This document shows, in pieces, positions 1 to 13,600 of a stretch of DNA of 38,053 nucleotides. The translations under genes and the position numbers were made by a program. Position 1 is the stretch's first letter. The number at the start of each line of letters is the position of its first letter. The stretch covers positions 1 through 38,053 of the forward strand of contig ADNK01001097.1 in assembly GCA_000320545.1 (NCBI GenBank), read 5' to 3'. The stretch is from Bigelowiella natans CCMP2755. Taxonomy: Eukaryota; Protista; Cercozoa. Under the pieces are notes generated by a model. The model was not told the origin of the DNA. It saw nothing but the letters and a program-made list of their open reading frames with translations, and searched no databases.

Positions 1-162
1 CGTAGTAGTAGTAGCAGTAGTAGTAAGTAGACAGCAGATAGAAATTTCTTAAACGGAAAGGAGGAAAAGAAAAGAAGGAAGAAATGAAAGTAGTAGAGGG
101 AAGTGAGAGATGATTGTCCGTATGCCCTCCTCCTCCTCCTCCTCCTCCTCATCTAGCCCATT

Positions 163-194
<32 letters not shown>

Positions 195-209
195 ATCCTC
201 CTCCTTCCT

Positions 210-1718
210 TCTATCATAGGAGAAGGCTGAGCGGTCGGAGGGTATTAGCTATACAACTAGAGTCACAGAACTTCCAGCCAAACAAATGCCATACAGGTGT
301 GTAGATGCTGCACTATGATCACAACAAGGCGATGTTGTTGTGATTTGGATCTCGTGATGAGAAGGCGGCGACCACGACAACGATAATGATGATGATGATA
401 ATGATGATGGTAGTGCGCAAAGCAACTCAATCTCTCGAAACGAATATGAAAACAGAGAGGCCGATTTTATCCGTGCTGGTCACCAAGCAGCTGTCCAAAA
501 CCGTCCCGAAAGGTGGCGTCTGTCTGACACACACTACCTAATCATCTCACATTCTCGCAACATCAAATAGCGAAGGGATATGTCCACGCATACGATTCGG
601 AAAAAGTAAAAAATGAGAAGTATTTTCCCTTCTGATGGGTTCCTGAATCAACCCAGTCGCACACCTCTTGAGCAAGCCTCTCGTCATCGTCGTCGTCGTC
701 ATCATTATCATCATCACCCGCCGCGTGCACTGACCAACCAACCAACCAACCAACCGCTCCTTTCCCCACCACACAGAGAATGCAAATTACGGCTTCGACG
801 GGAGGACTCTCTGGGTTGATAAGGTATGGGAAGTAATGGAGAGAAGGACAACTGCAACGCACGTTAAGCAGGCGCGCATAAGAGCAAAAACAGAGACGAA
901 CAACGACAAGCAACAAAAGTGTATGTGTGTGGTAATTGTCGATGTCATGTCAGGGCTGTCGTGCGGTTTTTATGGTGGAGATTTCAAACGAGGACGACCG
1001 AGGCGCTGCTGGTGGTCCTGGAGCTGCTAATAGTCGTCGTAACGGCTCGACCACAGATTCGAAGAGGAAAGAGGACGATGTACCTCCAGTCTTTGCTCAC
1101 TTCTTACACAGCAAGGTGAGGAGATGATTGCGATGACGATGGCGATGACGATGGCGATGACGATGCTGCTGCTGCTGCTGATGATGATGATGATGATATG
1201 ATGATCAAATAATTTTGTGAGAGTACGACCGAACGCAGGGAAACAAACCAAGGGTGTTTCTCGCAATAGAGAGCATTCGAGAGAAAGAAAAAGTATCGAA
1301 GAGTAAGAATCAACGCTTCTCTCTTGTTAAGGGGCACCATCAGCACAATAGAGTGATTGTGGTTGTTGGCGAGCCTGGTTTTTTCCTTTTCCCATTCACC
1401 AATTTCCATCGAAAATCACTGCAAGAAGCGAATAATATGCCTGAAAAAGAGTCCGTTTCTTGTTGCACCTAGATCTTTGACGTGTCGGTTATCCGCGAAA
1501 TATTCCATCTTCTTCATGGAGAAGACGCAAAGAGCGCGGGCATGCCCGCGATAGAGCCTGGCGCTGCTGCTGCAGCTGTTGGCGGTGGTGGGCGAGATGA
1601 TAATGCTTTGGTCGTGGCTGACCAAGGAGCATCAGGGGCGCTCACTCTGGAGAGCGAGTGCATTCCACTGCACCTTAGAGGCATTCTGCGAAGTCAGATG
1701 AGAAATAGATATTTGTAG
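210..1718 (+). CDS. 3' part of a multi-exon gene with a DUF3011/galactose-lectin-like motif; 5' end outside the window
   Basis: GT-AG exons ~210-296, 777-823, 954-1115, 1270-1302 and 1473-1718 join in frame: ...VLAIQLESQNFQPNKCHT-E-NANYGFDGRTLWVDK-GCRAVF...PPVFAHFLHSK-RAFERKKKYRR-IFDVSVIREIFHLLHG...RNRYL*. C-x6-YG-x5-LWVxxGCRAxF resembles the DUF3011 consensus. An extra exon near 566-620 is possible. Confidence 0.55.
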
Positions 1719-2820
1719 GGACTTATAAGTCCACATACATGCATGCTGTCTGCAACACGTGTATCAACCACTTCACATGTACCTTTTGCTTCACATGTAC
1801 CACATGTCAGCGCACACAGTGCACCTGGAGTGTGTGTGCCATGCGCGTACACGCACAGGGACTTATGAGTCCATGTGCATTAATTCGACAACGGATGAGC
1901 CACGTAGGTCGAATCTTAGCATCGTCATTGTAGGCCACCGCAAGCGAGTAATGAAGTTTGATTTGCAAATTGCAAAGCATGGCTCGCCAACTTTGTCCAT
2001 TATTTTCCAGCAGCACCAAGTCACGCCCTGGTCCACACATGCGACGTCTACTTGCATGTTGTCATTTCACAACATGATTGCGTACCTGATATCAATAAAA
2101 AAACACCGCAATTGCAGCTGTACGTTGTGCGGTACTGTATGATGCGAAGCTTGCACATCAAAAAGCATGGTTAGCTAGTAAGCCATGCCACAAATAGCCA
2201 ACATTGTGAGGTGCCGCTGTAGTCTGTTCCTTTCATTGTGAGACGGATGTAATTATGTGATTGAATCTTTTCAATATGGTCATCCTATAGGTAGCTATGC
2301 AAAGCAGCGGCTTTCACTGTTTCGCAAAGCATTGATCATCCATGCAAATCCATGCTGCTCATCCTTCGTCCACGTGTCTCTTAAAATATATGATACACGT
2401 ACATGTTGGGGGCTGATCATTGTGAGACGGATATAATGAACAGATTACATTTTTGAAATAATCATCGCGAGTATCATCAAGAGTTATTGTGCTAGCGCCT
2501 TCACGCAGTATTATCCTATTTTCAAGTTCATTACATGTATTAGACAACAGTTGATATTCCCTAGTATTACTTGTTCAAATTCTGCTCTCTTAGGCAGTTG
2601 TTAGCATCATTGTGCGAAAATAGTGGCGTGCCTCTTACTACAGTGTCTGTCAACATATTTATTCTCTGACGTTGCTGAAGGCCCTGATATTCTCTTGATT
2701 TCGGCACAGATTTGGAGTTGCCACACGGCTTCTAGAGAATTCTTGAATATATAATAGACTAAAGCGTTGATTGGACTGCAAACGAATGGTCGGGCAGCCG
2801 CATATTGAGCAGTGTAATAG

Positions 2821-4158
<1,338 letters not shown>

Positions 4159-4857
4159 TCAAGCTCCCGTTGGTTTCTCGAACACCGTTAGGTACTACTC
4201 AGATACAACCGAAAGAGGAACATCTTGGAGATCGATCTTCGTTTTGCGGTTGATAGTTTTGATTGCTCGGTATTCCAGGGCGACGGCTGTCTTTCGCCAC
4301 CGGCAACTTGTTCTCTCACCGCCATGGCCACCCTGTAGCATTTGGTCCTACCTTTCGATCCAGTATTTTCAGAACTACGTCCCCTTGGTGGCGCACTGCA
4401 GCCCTACCCAGAGACGATGTTGACGAGTTTCCGATCATTCCGATTTGTTTCGATGCTTGATTGTGTTAATGTTTATTAATTGTGGTTTTTAATAGTCAAG
4501 AATATTTGACGAAAATAGTTTGTTTACCTTTGTTAAATACAGCATGAGATGATGGAGCGGCGAAAGTTCCTTGCGGTATGTCGAATTTTCTTCTGCACCG
4601 TACAGTAACCTTGTAAGAAACAGAGAAAAATATTTGCTCGTAATAAGGGGGTAAATCAAAGAAGACTATCGGCCTTGCAATTTGCAGCCGAATTTTGCAA
4701 CGCATCTGTCTCAGATTTCAAAGGATGGACACAGAAGAAACAGGTGATTAAACATTTTCGTTCAACTCAAAGCACCATAGACCATAGAACGTTGTTTTTG
4801 TTGTTGTTGTTGTTGTTGCTGCTGCTGCTGCTGCTGCAGAAAAGCGCCCTGGGCGGG

Positions 4858-5315
4858 ATGGATCCTACAGAAAGGCGGAAGATAATGCGACACATACATA
4901 AAAAGTATAGGCCAAGGTACCCAACCGAATCTGGAAATGCCCCTCGATGCTGCTGACTGCTGCGTTTTGTATGCCTCCAGCCTGAAGCCCAATCTGCGAC
5001 GGCGCGTGTTTACAAGAGACAATTGTACCTGTTGCTACTGCGGGAAGAATTTCGAATTGAGGCACCTGACCATTGACCACCGATATCCTGTGAGCAAGGG
5101 AGGTATGCAAATTCAATCGCAAAGTGTAATGGGGTTCAGAATTCTGATGGAGAGCGGATAAACGTTACTGATTCACCTGTTTTGCAGCAGCTGACGTATT
5201 TACCATTCTCATAATCACTAATTTTCTTTTGCATCTAGGTTCGAACAATATTGACAATCTCGTCACATCATGCTTTCCATGTAACAAGGAAAAAGCAGCG
5301 GAGGTGTTGCCTTGA
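4858..5315 (+). CDS. small standalone HNH endonuclease (McrA/HNH_5-like, zinc-binding), ~85 aa, 2 introns
   Basis: Exons 4858-4916, 4981-5102 and 5239-5315 (GT-AG, phases consistent) give MDPTERRKIMRHIHKKYRPSLKPNLRRRVFTRDNCTCCYCGKNFELRHLTIDHRYPVSKGGSNNIDNLVTSCFPCNKEKAAEVLP*. This carries the full CxxC...DHxxPxxxGGxN...NL...CxxCN motif. An upstream exon near 4714-4743 may extend the N-terminus. Confidence 0.85.
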
Positions 5316-5994
5316 AAAGGTGCCCATGTAAAAGCTGCAGATAAGAATACGCTCCTTTCGTAGCTTTAAGATATAAGCTCTTGCTTCGCCCTTTGCGACT
5401 CCAAGGTTGTCTTTCTCCACAGCAGCAGCGGTTGAGTGGATACTTCTAAGAAATAAAGCACGTATTTGGCCTAGAAGGTGAAGATCCTGGAAAACCTTAA
5501 ACTCAGAGCAGCAGAGATCGATGAACTAGTCGTAGTATACGCAATCTAGAGAGCTCACATCATGAAGGCTATCACACGTTGTGTGTGTATGTGTTGGATA
5601 GAATGCGCAAATTTGTAAATATTTGATGTACTACACAGCCGGAACACACATGCATGTAGCGTATGTGATGCATAGAAGATACCCGTGCATGAAAGCAGCA
5701 AACAAGGCTTAGCTCGAGCAATAAAATGTGGGCACGTGGCTTAGAATGCTACACCAAGATTGCGATGCAGCGCGTAGCTAGTATCTCAAAGCAGGCTTGT
5801 TTTGCGTCACATCATCTAAAAGTCTGTACTCATCGTAGAGTTTCTATGTAATCCTGCCAAAAAGACATTTCTGTGGCCAACTGAATGCAAATGAGCACGC
5901 ATGCACTAAATACTTACCATATTCTTAGTCATAAAGGAGACTGCGGTTGCAAGTAAAATATGTCATTTTTAGATATCGTGGCACTTCTAGACTT

Positions 5995-6243
5995 TTACAA
6001 CTCATTATGGACTGCTTTGAGGGCCGCACGCAGCTTACGTTCCGGGACGACTTTCATCTCTTTTAGTATGTTGGTGAGGTCATCTTCCTGGATATATTCT
6101 AAATCCTCCTCACTTTTGACTCCCAGTTCCTCCGATAGCTCTTCGAAGCGTGTCTTTATGCCAGTCTCATCTACGATCCGGTAGAAGCGCTCTATTGCAT
6201 GCTTGTGAGCAGATCCCGCCTGATTTTTCGTTACATGAATGCT

Positions 6244-6322
<79 letters not shown>

Positions 6323-6391
6323 TCCCCTATGTGCGTGAGTCTGCGCGCACGCGCGCGTGTGTGCTGCGTGTCTGTGTAGAAAGAGGAGAGG

Positions 6392-6432
<41 letters not shown>

Positions 6433-7042
6433 TTTAGACGCTACTTGCCTCTCCAAGTCAACATACCCGACGAACTGCCGCCGCTCTTTCCAGGATATCT
6501 ACGACCGCGTGGTTATAGATTCGAAGCCTGCTCCATGCGTCCGCCAGTAAAGCAGCAACGTTACGGCAAGTATGCGTAGTGGTGGCGGGACCGACCGGAT
6601 ACGTGTTAAGAAGAGGGTCAGAACGACGTGTATAGCGCTTCTTCTCACTGCATGCGAAATCACATCGCCAATCGACTCACCCCCCTTTCCTCTCACATCT
6701 ACCTATTCCTCCCAGTACAGTTAAGGGTGGTTCTCTCCCCCCCCTTTCTCTTTATTCTATTCATGATGATGAAAAGAACTAATACCCAGGGAAGACGAAG
6801 AACGGGCACCAGCTGTACATGGAGAACGGGTTGAATGCGGAGCACTGGACGAGCGACAGCGCTGTGTAGCCGTAGAAGTCTTTGGCGTGCACGTCGGCGG
6901 ATTCCTTTGAACAGAAGGATGTATCACAAGTTTGATTAAGATGGAAACTGGAAAATACAGCAAATCTATCCTTCCTAAAGCACACACATACAAACATGCA
7001 TACACGCTCTCACTTTCTCCTTTCCCTGCACACGCGCGCGCG

Positions 7043-7097
<55 letters not shown>

Positions 7098-8503
7098 GCA
7101 CAACGCTCCTCCAACTCTTTTATTTTTCTACCCCTCCTTCCTACTACCGTAAGAAGGAGCTCGACGATGTCCTCATGGCCATGGCGAGCAGCTTTATGTA
7201 AGGCCGTTCCTCCGGACCGCGTCTTGGAGTTGACATCTGCGCCAGATCCCAAGAGAAGCTCCACGATCTCCGTTTGCCCATCCTGACTCTATTATAGCAT
7301 ACGACAACAGCTTACAAACTACCCCTGCCTAGATGATGCGAGCATGGTAGCCACGGATCTACGCGTGCATCGTCATTGCTATTGATTTCTCCGACTTCAG
7401 GCCAATGGCATTCCCTCGTTACCGCGTGCATGAGTGCCGTGATTCCGTGCGAGTCCTTCGCATCGACCTCCGCACCGCCGCTGAGAAGAATCTTAGCGAT
7501 CTCCAGGTCCCCATTCTGACTAGCAAACATCAGGGACGTCATCCCTCCTTCAGCCTTGGCATTCGCATCGGCCTGGTGAGCAAGTAGCAGCCGAACAATC
7601 TCTGTGTTGCCTGCACGAGGAGGAAGAAAGTTAGGCAATACCGCACGTTGCTTTCCTACAAGCTGTCTCTATAGCTGTGTTATATTGTACGCCAAGAAAT
7701 GTCGCATTGGTTTCTGCTTTGCGTGGGTGCTATATACGGGTGATGGCCTCTGCTACTACGACCATAATAGCTCGCCTGCATGAGGGCTGTGATCCCGTTT
7801 TTCCCTGTTGCGTTCACATCTGCTTTCGATTCAATCAGGGAGTCCACAATCTCGTAGTAGCCTGAAATAACAGTAATTCGAACAGCAGATTGCAGTTGGG
7901 AGGGGCGCGTTGAACAACGAAAAGAGAAAAACATCTTGCTTCCCTCTCCTATCCTTTCTGATGACTGCAGCTGCTACCGGAAAGATAACTTCTGCAGATA
8001 CGAATGCTGCAAATACCTACTTCTTTACTATTATTACTGCTACTCCTACGATTCACTTCGTACCCCATTGTGAAACATCAAGGAGGACAGTGTTGCCAGA
8101 CTTCGATCTCGCATCAACGTCAGCACCGTGATTCAACTGCCAATATAGTAAGCAGGGTTTCAATAACGAATTGCTCCCTCATTTCACACAAATGCTACGA
8201 CGATGCAATCTTTTTCGTCACCAGAAGCTTCGTGATAGGCATTAGACGGTTCTTTGCAGCAAGGTGCATTGCTTTAGCTAGAACAGAAGGGTTGAATTTT
8301 GCACCACTGGATGTTTACAATTGTATGTGCATGTAAATTAAGGATACATCCGCAACAGCTTTTCGGAAGACGAGTGAGATAGAGTGAGAGAAGAAAAGGG
8401 ATTTGAATTCAAACATGAACGAGAGTGTGTACATAAAGCACAGCGGGCTAAGGTGGACAGAAAGGGAGCATCGGAAGGAGATAGAGACGAAGAGTTAATG
8501 GAG

Positions 8504-8547
<44 letters not shown>

Positions 8548-8849
8548 GAAGCAAGATTCGTATCACATAAGGATTTCCTCAATCGTGGCAGCGTCTGTGC
8601 CGTCCCTTATTGAGTTCAGGAGTTTTGTATTGTCGGGATAGGAACTCCGCTCACTTTCCGCATGGTGGAGAGCGAGCAGCAGAGTAAAAATTCTGAGGAG
8701 AGACCTTGTGTTCGATTATTTAAACAAACAATTAATAAAAACAATTAGTGGCAAAAGAAGACTGCATGGAACAAAGAGACCAGCACAACAGATTGATCTC
8801 CGATATTATTTAATGCGTGGCGGCTCCCCCCGTCCCCTGGAAACCTCAT
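5995..8849 (-). CDS. multi-exon ankyrin-repeat protein with predicted signal peptide and C-terminal SAM-like helical domain
   Basis: Ankyrin repeats occur in successive exons (GYYEIVDSLIESKADVNATGKNGITALMQAS; GNTEIVRLLLAHQADANAKAEGGMTSLMFASQNGDLEIAKILL; EIVELLLGSGADVNSKTRSGGTALHKAARHGHEDIVELLL). The last exon LSEELGVKSEEDLEYIQEDDL...PERKLRAAL resembles SAM. A 5-nt first exon (ATGAG, 8849-8845) plus the exon from 8704 gives MRSLLRIFTLLLALHHAES. The start is less certain than the repeats. Confidence 0.8.
6247..6430. repeat. intronic (CT)n and (GA)n microsatellites in inverted arrangement
   Basis: (CT)n at ~6247-6320 and (GA)n at ~6395-6430, within the last ankyrin-gene intron. Confidence 0.85.
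7029..7097. repeat. compound (CG)n(CA)n(TA)n microsatellite in an intron
   Basis: Read directly from the sequence. Confidence 0.9.
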
Positions 8850-9424
8850 TTGGCTGAGAGAAGGAGCTTGAGTTCTTCGTTCTTCGAATACGCGCGTTCT
8901 CTTCCGTTCGGCGTGTTCCTCGTAGCAGCCCGGTGCTCTACGAATAATCGCTTTTGCCGCCCTACGACATGGCTACCACGTTGTTGTAGAACAAATATCG
9001 CCTATATTTACACTTCATCGACTCAGGAAAGAATAAGATGATGTTGTACCGTAGTAGACCTACATATTCTCGGAAAAATGCCGGCTCCCTCTACAACAAT
9101 CATCGCAACACATTTTCTTGCAAGCACAGCATAGCTTAAGCTTTGCATTATTTATGCGATCATTCTTGGGGGGATTAATTACATCACGTTCCAATGATGA
9201 TTAATTCGACCTAATTTATTTATACGACAATAAAATCCTGTTCGACATTGAAAGGTTTGCCGCCATCGGCGAATTCTTGATGTCGCAGCAGAATATGCTG
9301 GTATATTCCATCCTTTTCAGGGAATATATATCTTGTCGCACTACGTTTTCCCCCTCCCTAATCCTCCGTCCCCCTGGCAGAGTCTGAGAACAATCCGTAC
9401 AGCTGGAGAAGGGAGGGCGCAATC

Positions 9425-9774
9425 ATGTCGAAGGTATTCATTGTAAGCATTCATCTGTAAGTTCATTGTCTCTGGTTCCCCTTTCATCAGCCATGTGAGA
9501 CTCAATAAGCACTGGGATCTAATTCTGAACATATTCGCAGAAAGGAGGTGACATTAAAGAAATGGATGTTAGTGACGAGAAGGAGGCGGGAACTCGCGCT
9601 CGTGTCGAGGAAGTTCTGGGAAGGACAGGATCCCGAGGTGGTGTCACGCAAGTCCGTGTAGTTATTCAGGATAAGAAGGGAAGATCTATCATTCGCAACG
9701 TAAAAGGCCCTGTTCGAGTGGGAGACAACTTAATCTTGTTGGAAACGGAGCGTGAAGCTCGCCGTCTTCGTTAA
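9425..9774 (+). CDS. RPS28: 40S ribosomal protein eS28
   Basis: [19 protein letters not shown]...[30 protein letters not shown] is the eS28 signature. The probable start is ATG 9425, with exon 9425-9433 and intron 9434-9540 in frame with 9541-9774. The alternative start is 9562. Confidence 0.95.
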
Positions 9775-9939
9775 TAGCTTGTAAATATACTTTAGTTTAT
9801 TGCACGCGAAGCATGATCTGCAACCAAGATTTACATCTGATAACCAGAACTTTGCGGTGATTCTTCGTTAATTGGAAAGAGAAATACTTTTTCATTATAT
9901 TCACCTCATTCTGACGAACACACATGTTCTACATACCAC

Positions 9940-10680
9940 TTGCATCATTAGCCAATGTAACAATTTCGCACACAGAAAAAGATGCTAACATTTTTACATT
10001 CTAGACATTATAACCATGCAAAGCTACAATGTATTTGTCTAGCCATGCGTGCTAGCTAGCTAGCGTGTGTGCCGCACCAAAAACAATGATGATGATCTCA
10101 CATCTCTGCTAGCTAGCTAGATAGAGATCTAGACAAAGCACGGTAGCACCGAGCGATCAAATGTGTAAGCATCCTATTGTCATGTACTAGTGTACTCTGC
10201 TACGCAATTCTAGAATTATCCGGAAGAACTAACTAGCTAAACAGGAACATGCACAAGCTAGCAAGCTCTAGCTACTAGCTAGCACGGCGGGATCGCATTC
10301 ATGTGATTATCAGCTAGTTAGACAAACATTGGTAGAAATCACACAAACCACACACTAGCATGCACACGCGCTAGCGTGCTAGCGTGGGTGCTAGGGTACC
10401 CGAAGCAAATTTTCATCATGCTAGCATGTGCAGTGCCTGTGCATGTCATGCGTGCAGACACGAGCACGCGCTAGCTAGCTAGCGTAGCTATAGTAGTCTA
10501 ACTTAGTTACTGCATCATGGCTATGCACGCACGCTGTGGCACTTGTGCACAGAATGCAGATTTGTTTCACAAATCTCAGACTTGCATTGTCAGAAAGTGT
10601 GGTACTGAGAGTCATGACATCGGACAAGGAACCCATTACGCTCAATGTCGGACCACATGAAATGATGTGACATGTAGTCC
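9940..10680. other. CTAG-rich, CA/TG-rich intergenic block between RPS28 and the giant gene
   Basis: Runs such as gctagctagctag at ~10051, ~10108 and ~10470. Most TA are in CTAG/TAG/CTA. Confidence 0.7.
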
Positions 10681-10683
10681 TGA

Positions 10684-13600
10684 TCAAACTTCTTCTCTTG
10701 CAAGATTTACATCGTCGTCCTCATCGGAATCCTCTTGAACAATTTCAGATCGTTCGTACTCCTTTGGTTTTGAAGCCTGTAATGAGGCGTTGTTCAATGA
10801 TTAGTAAGGAGACTATCATAATTCATGCAAATACACACCTCTTCCTCCTCTTCAAGAGCTCGTGTCTGAGACTCGCTCAGTTTGTTGGCCAACTTCTTTT
10901 CTCGCAGACGTTTTTGAGCCAATACCCGATGTCGCTGCTCCTCCAATTGCATCTTTAACTTTCTCACCGCGTCATTAAGTTTATTTTGCTGAATCTTCAA
11001 CTTGTTGATTTGAGCATTTTGTTTCTAAAATCGAATGGGTTGGATTAAACGGACTGTATTCTCTTCAGAAAAATGTAATTATACCTTCGATTCAGTCTCA
11101 TAGTATCCCGTGGTCTCTTTGTATCTATAGATGGCAATTCAATACAAACTTATGTGTATCCAGAGAAAGATATGTTCTATTCTTATGTTTCATTACTCTC
11201 TGAGCTGATCTTCTAAGCTCTTGAACTTTACAACCATAGGATTTGCGTACATGTTGATTTCTTCATCTTTACCTAGATCATCGATTGGTTATTTTAATAG
11301 GACTTCGTTTTTCATGAGACTATATGTAAAGACAATTGAAAATCATGACCTGCTTGACCCAGACCACCTCCATAAACTTTCATATCCACAATATTTTCTT
11401 CTATTTCCTCTGCTTTCTTTTGAACCATCTTCATTTTCATGCGGTAACGACGAACCCTCTAAAAATTGTGCAAAACAAGATAAAATTGAGTAAACTAACA
11501 ACAATCGCTGTTAAGGGATTGTTCAGAGCGTATTAAAGACCTGGGTGAACCACAAGACCAACAACACCAAAGCCATGCCTCCAACCACAGCCAACACAGC
11601 TATGATTTGGATCAAGTAGAAAAGGTTTTCGTCTCCATCGGACAACTCTATTTGTCGCGGAATGTGTGCAAAAGCAAGAATTAGCGGCTCCCCACTCTCT
11701 TCATCCAGACATGTTTGGAAGAACCCGGAGGCTATTCCATTGAATCGTGTTTCTGAAAGGTTTGCTATCGGTTCTTGCACCCTAGGGCCTAAGAACTCGG
11801 CCACACAAACCCATGATTGCGAAGACGGAATCAAAGCTGCAAGACAAATATCTTCTTGTTGAATGAGATCCGAATTATCGACTCTAGCTCGATACTCAAT
11901 TTCGAAGTTAAAGGGATCTGTGGAGGCCTGGCACCGGAATGCGGGGGAAATAACTGTTTGATCTGCCGTGAAGAAATTTCCTGGTCTTCCAGAGAACTGG
12001 TTTTGACGCGACTGGTGGATGTATCTGAGAAGAGAAAAAATAGAGGATATAATTTCTCTACAATATTAGAGAGATCATTCTAAAATTAGTAGCTAAAAAT
12101 AAAATATTAATAATTACGCGACGGCAGCTCGCAATTCCGAATCTGAAACAGCGTCCACTTCGAATCGACTTGTTGAACCACCTGGTATTATGAGGGATCC
12201 TCTTACCGAAAAGTCTAAAGGACTTACGGCGATGTCAATCTCAACATCAACATTTTCGTTGAGCAATATTGACTGTGTCGTCGCTGGTACATCCCGGTTA
12301 CAGTTCTCCATGCACAAAGGTGGAGTGTTCGATGGTAACGCGATAAAAATTTGCTCTTCGTTCAGTTCGCTAGAAGCACCATCAAGGAAACCTTGAGGGA
12401 TCACGGAGGTAATTATCGTAGATTTAGAAATGAAGCTCTGGACTTCTCCAGTTTCAACAATCAACGCACAAATGGCTGCAGATGGCACACAAACCGATGA
12501 CGGGGTAAATTCGATCGGGCAGTAATATGGGGTTTCTCCGCCACATCCATTCGAAGGAGCGCATGATCCTCGACACGAGCCATCCGCACATCGTACTAAT
12601 GAGGGATCGTCACAAGTAGAAATCGCTAAGGCATCGCCACAACCACTCTCAAGCGTAACACAGGTCGAATTTGGGCATCGCATTGGGTATGCATCTGGAC
12701 ACTTCGGTAAAGCTGAGCAGAGCGTATCTCGTAGAACCAGGGGCACACATTCTCCATCGGGACATACGGCCATTTGCGTGTTCCCCTCTGGCGCACAGAT
12801 TTCACTGTCGGCATTGAGGCTTAAGGAATCATAATTTTGGGCTGTCATAGTAGGATTGCCGACAAGGAATGCAAATCGGATGCATTCTTGTGCTGAAGAG
12901 CGGCAAGATCCATCAAAGCAAGCTATCTGATTCGCAGCACAAGATGGAGCCCCTACTCTCTCCGAAAGGCAGTACGCCAGCTCCTTCCTACAGGAACCAT
13001 CTGGACAAAGGATGGGGGAATTTACCGGACAGGCTCTAGTTTCATTCAGCCGAGAGCCTGCACTATTTGAGCAACTCTCTGGGGTCTCTGCACATGTCAA
13101 GTCTGGGCAAATAAATTGCCGACCAGGATCTGGACAGCGATGGGTAGGAGGACAGTCCCCAGGTGAAGCAGCACAGCTATAATCTGCACAGCGATACGGC
13201 TCGTCTGCCGCACAAACGAGAACCCCAGAGCACGCAAGTGTGCTAAAATCATTTTCAATTACTATACGTGTGTCTGCATCGAGCCCAATTGGTATCTCAA
13301 AGGCCTGGTATTTCCTACAGCTTCCGTCTGCACAAGTGTAAGGACTGGAAACTGGGCAGAAGCTGGAAGTGAGACATTGAGAAGCAGAGCCTGCTATCAA
13401 TTCGTCGTAGAACCCACCCCCCGCACATGCGAGTTGATTTGGAGGTGTGTTTCCCGTGCACAGAGATGCTACCGTCTGGCACGTGCCGTCAACACATCGA
13501 ACGGGCAATTGTTGAGGGCACCCGTTTGATAATGGGCAGTTAATATCGGAAGTAACACAACGGCCACTTGCTTCGCATTTTACTGGATGTGTCGTGTTAC

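Noticed and set aside
110-1266. Poly-Ser, -Asp, -His and -Ile ORFs
   Set aside because: Translations of intronic trinucleotide microsatellites. The same applies to the (RE)n, (SL)n, (CV)n and (YI)n ORFs elsewhere.
4858-5315. HNH gene as part of an IscB/Fanzor/Cas9-like RNA-guided system or homing intron
   Set aside because: No RuvC motifs, transposon ends, repeat-spacer array or group I/II intron structure seen.
10050-10500. CTAG motifs as Helitron 3' ends
   Set aside because: Too numerous and tandem, with no matching subterminal hairpin or Rep/helicase.
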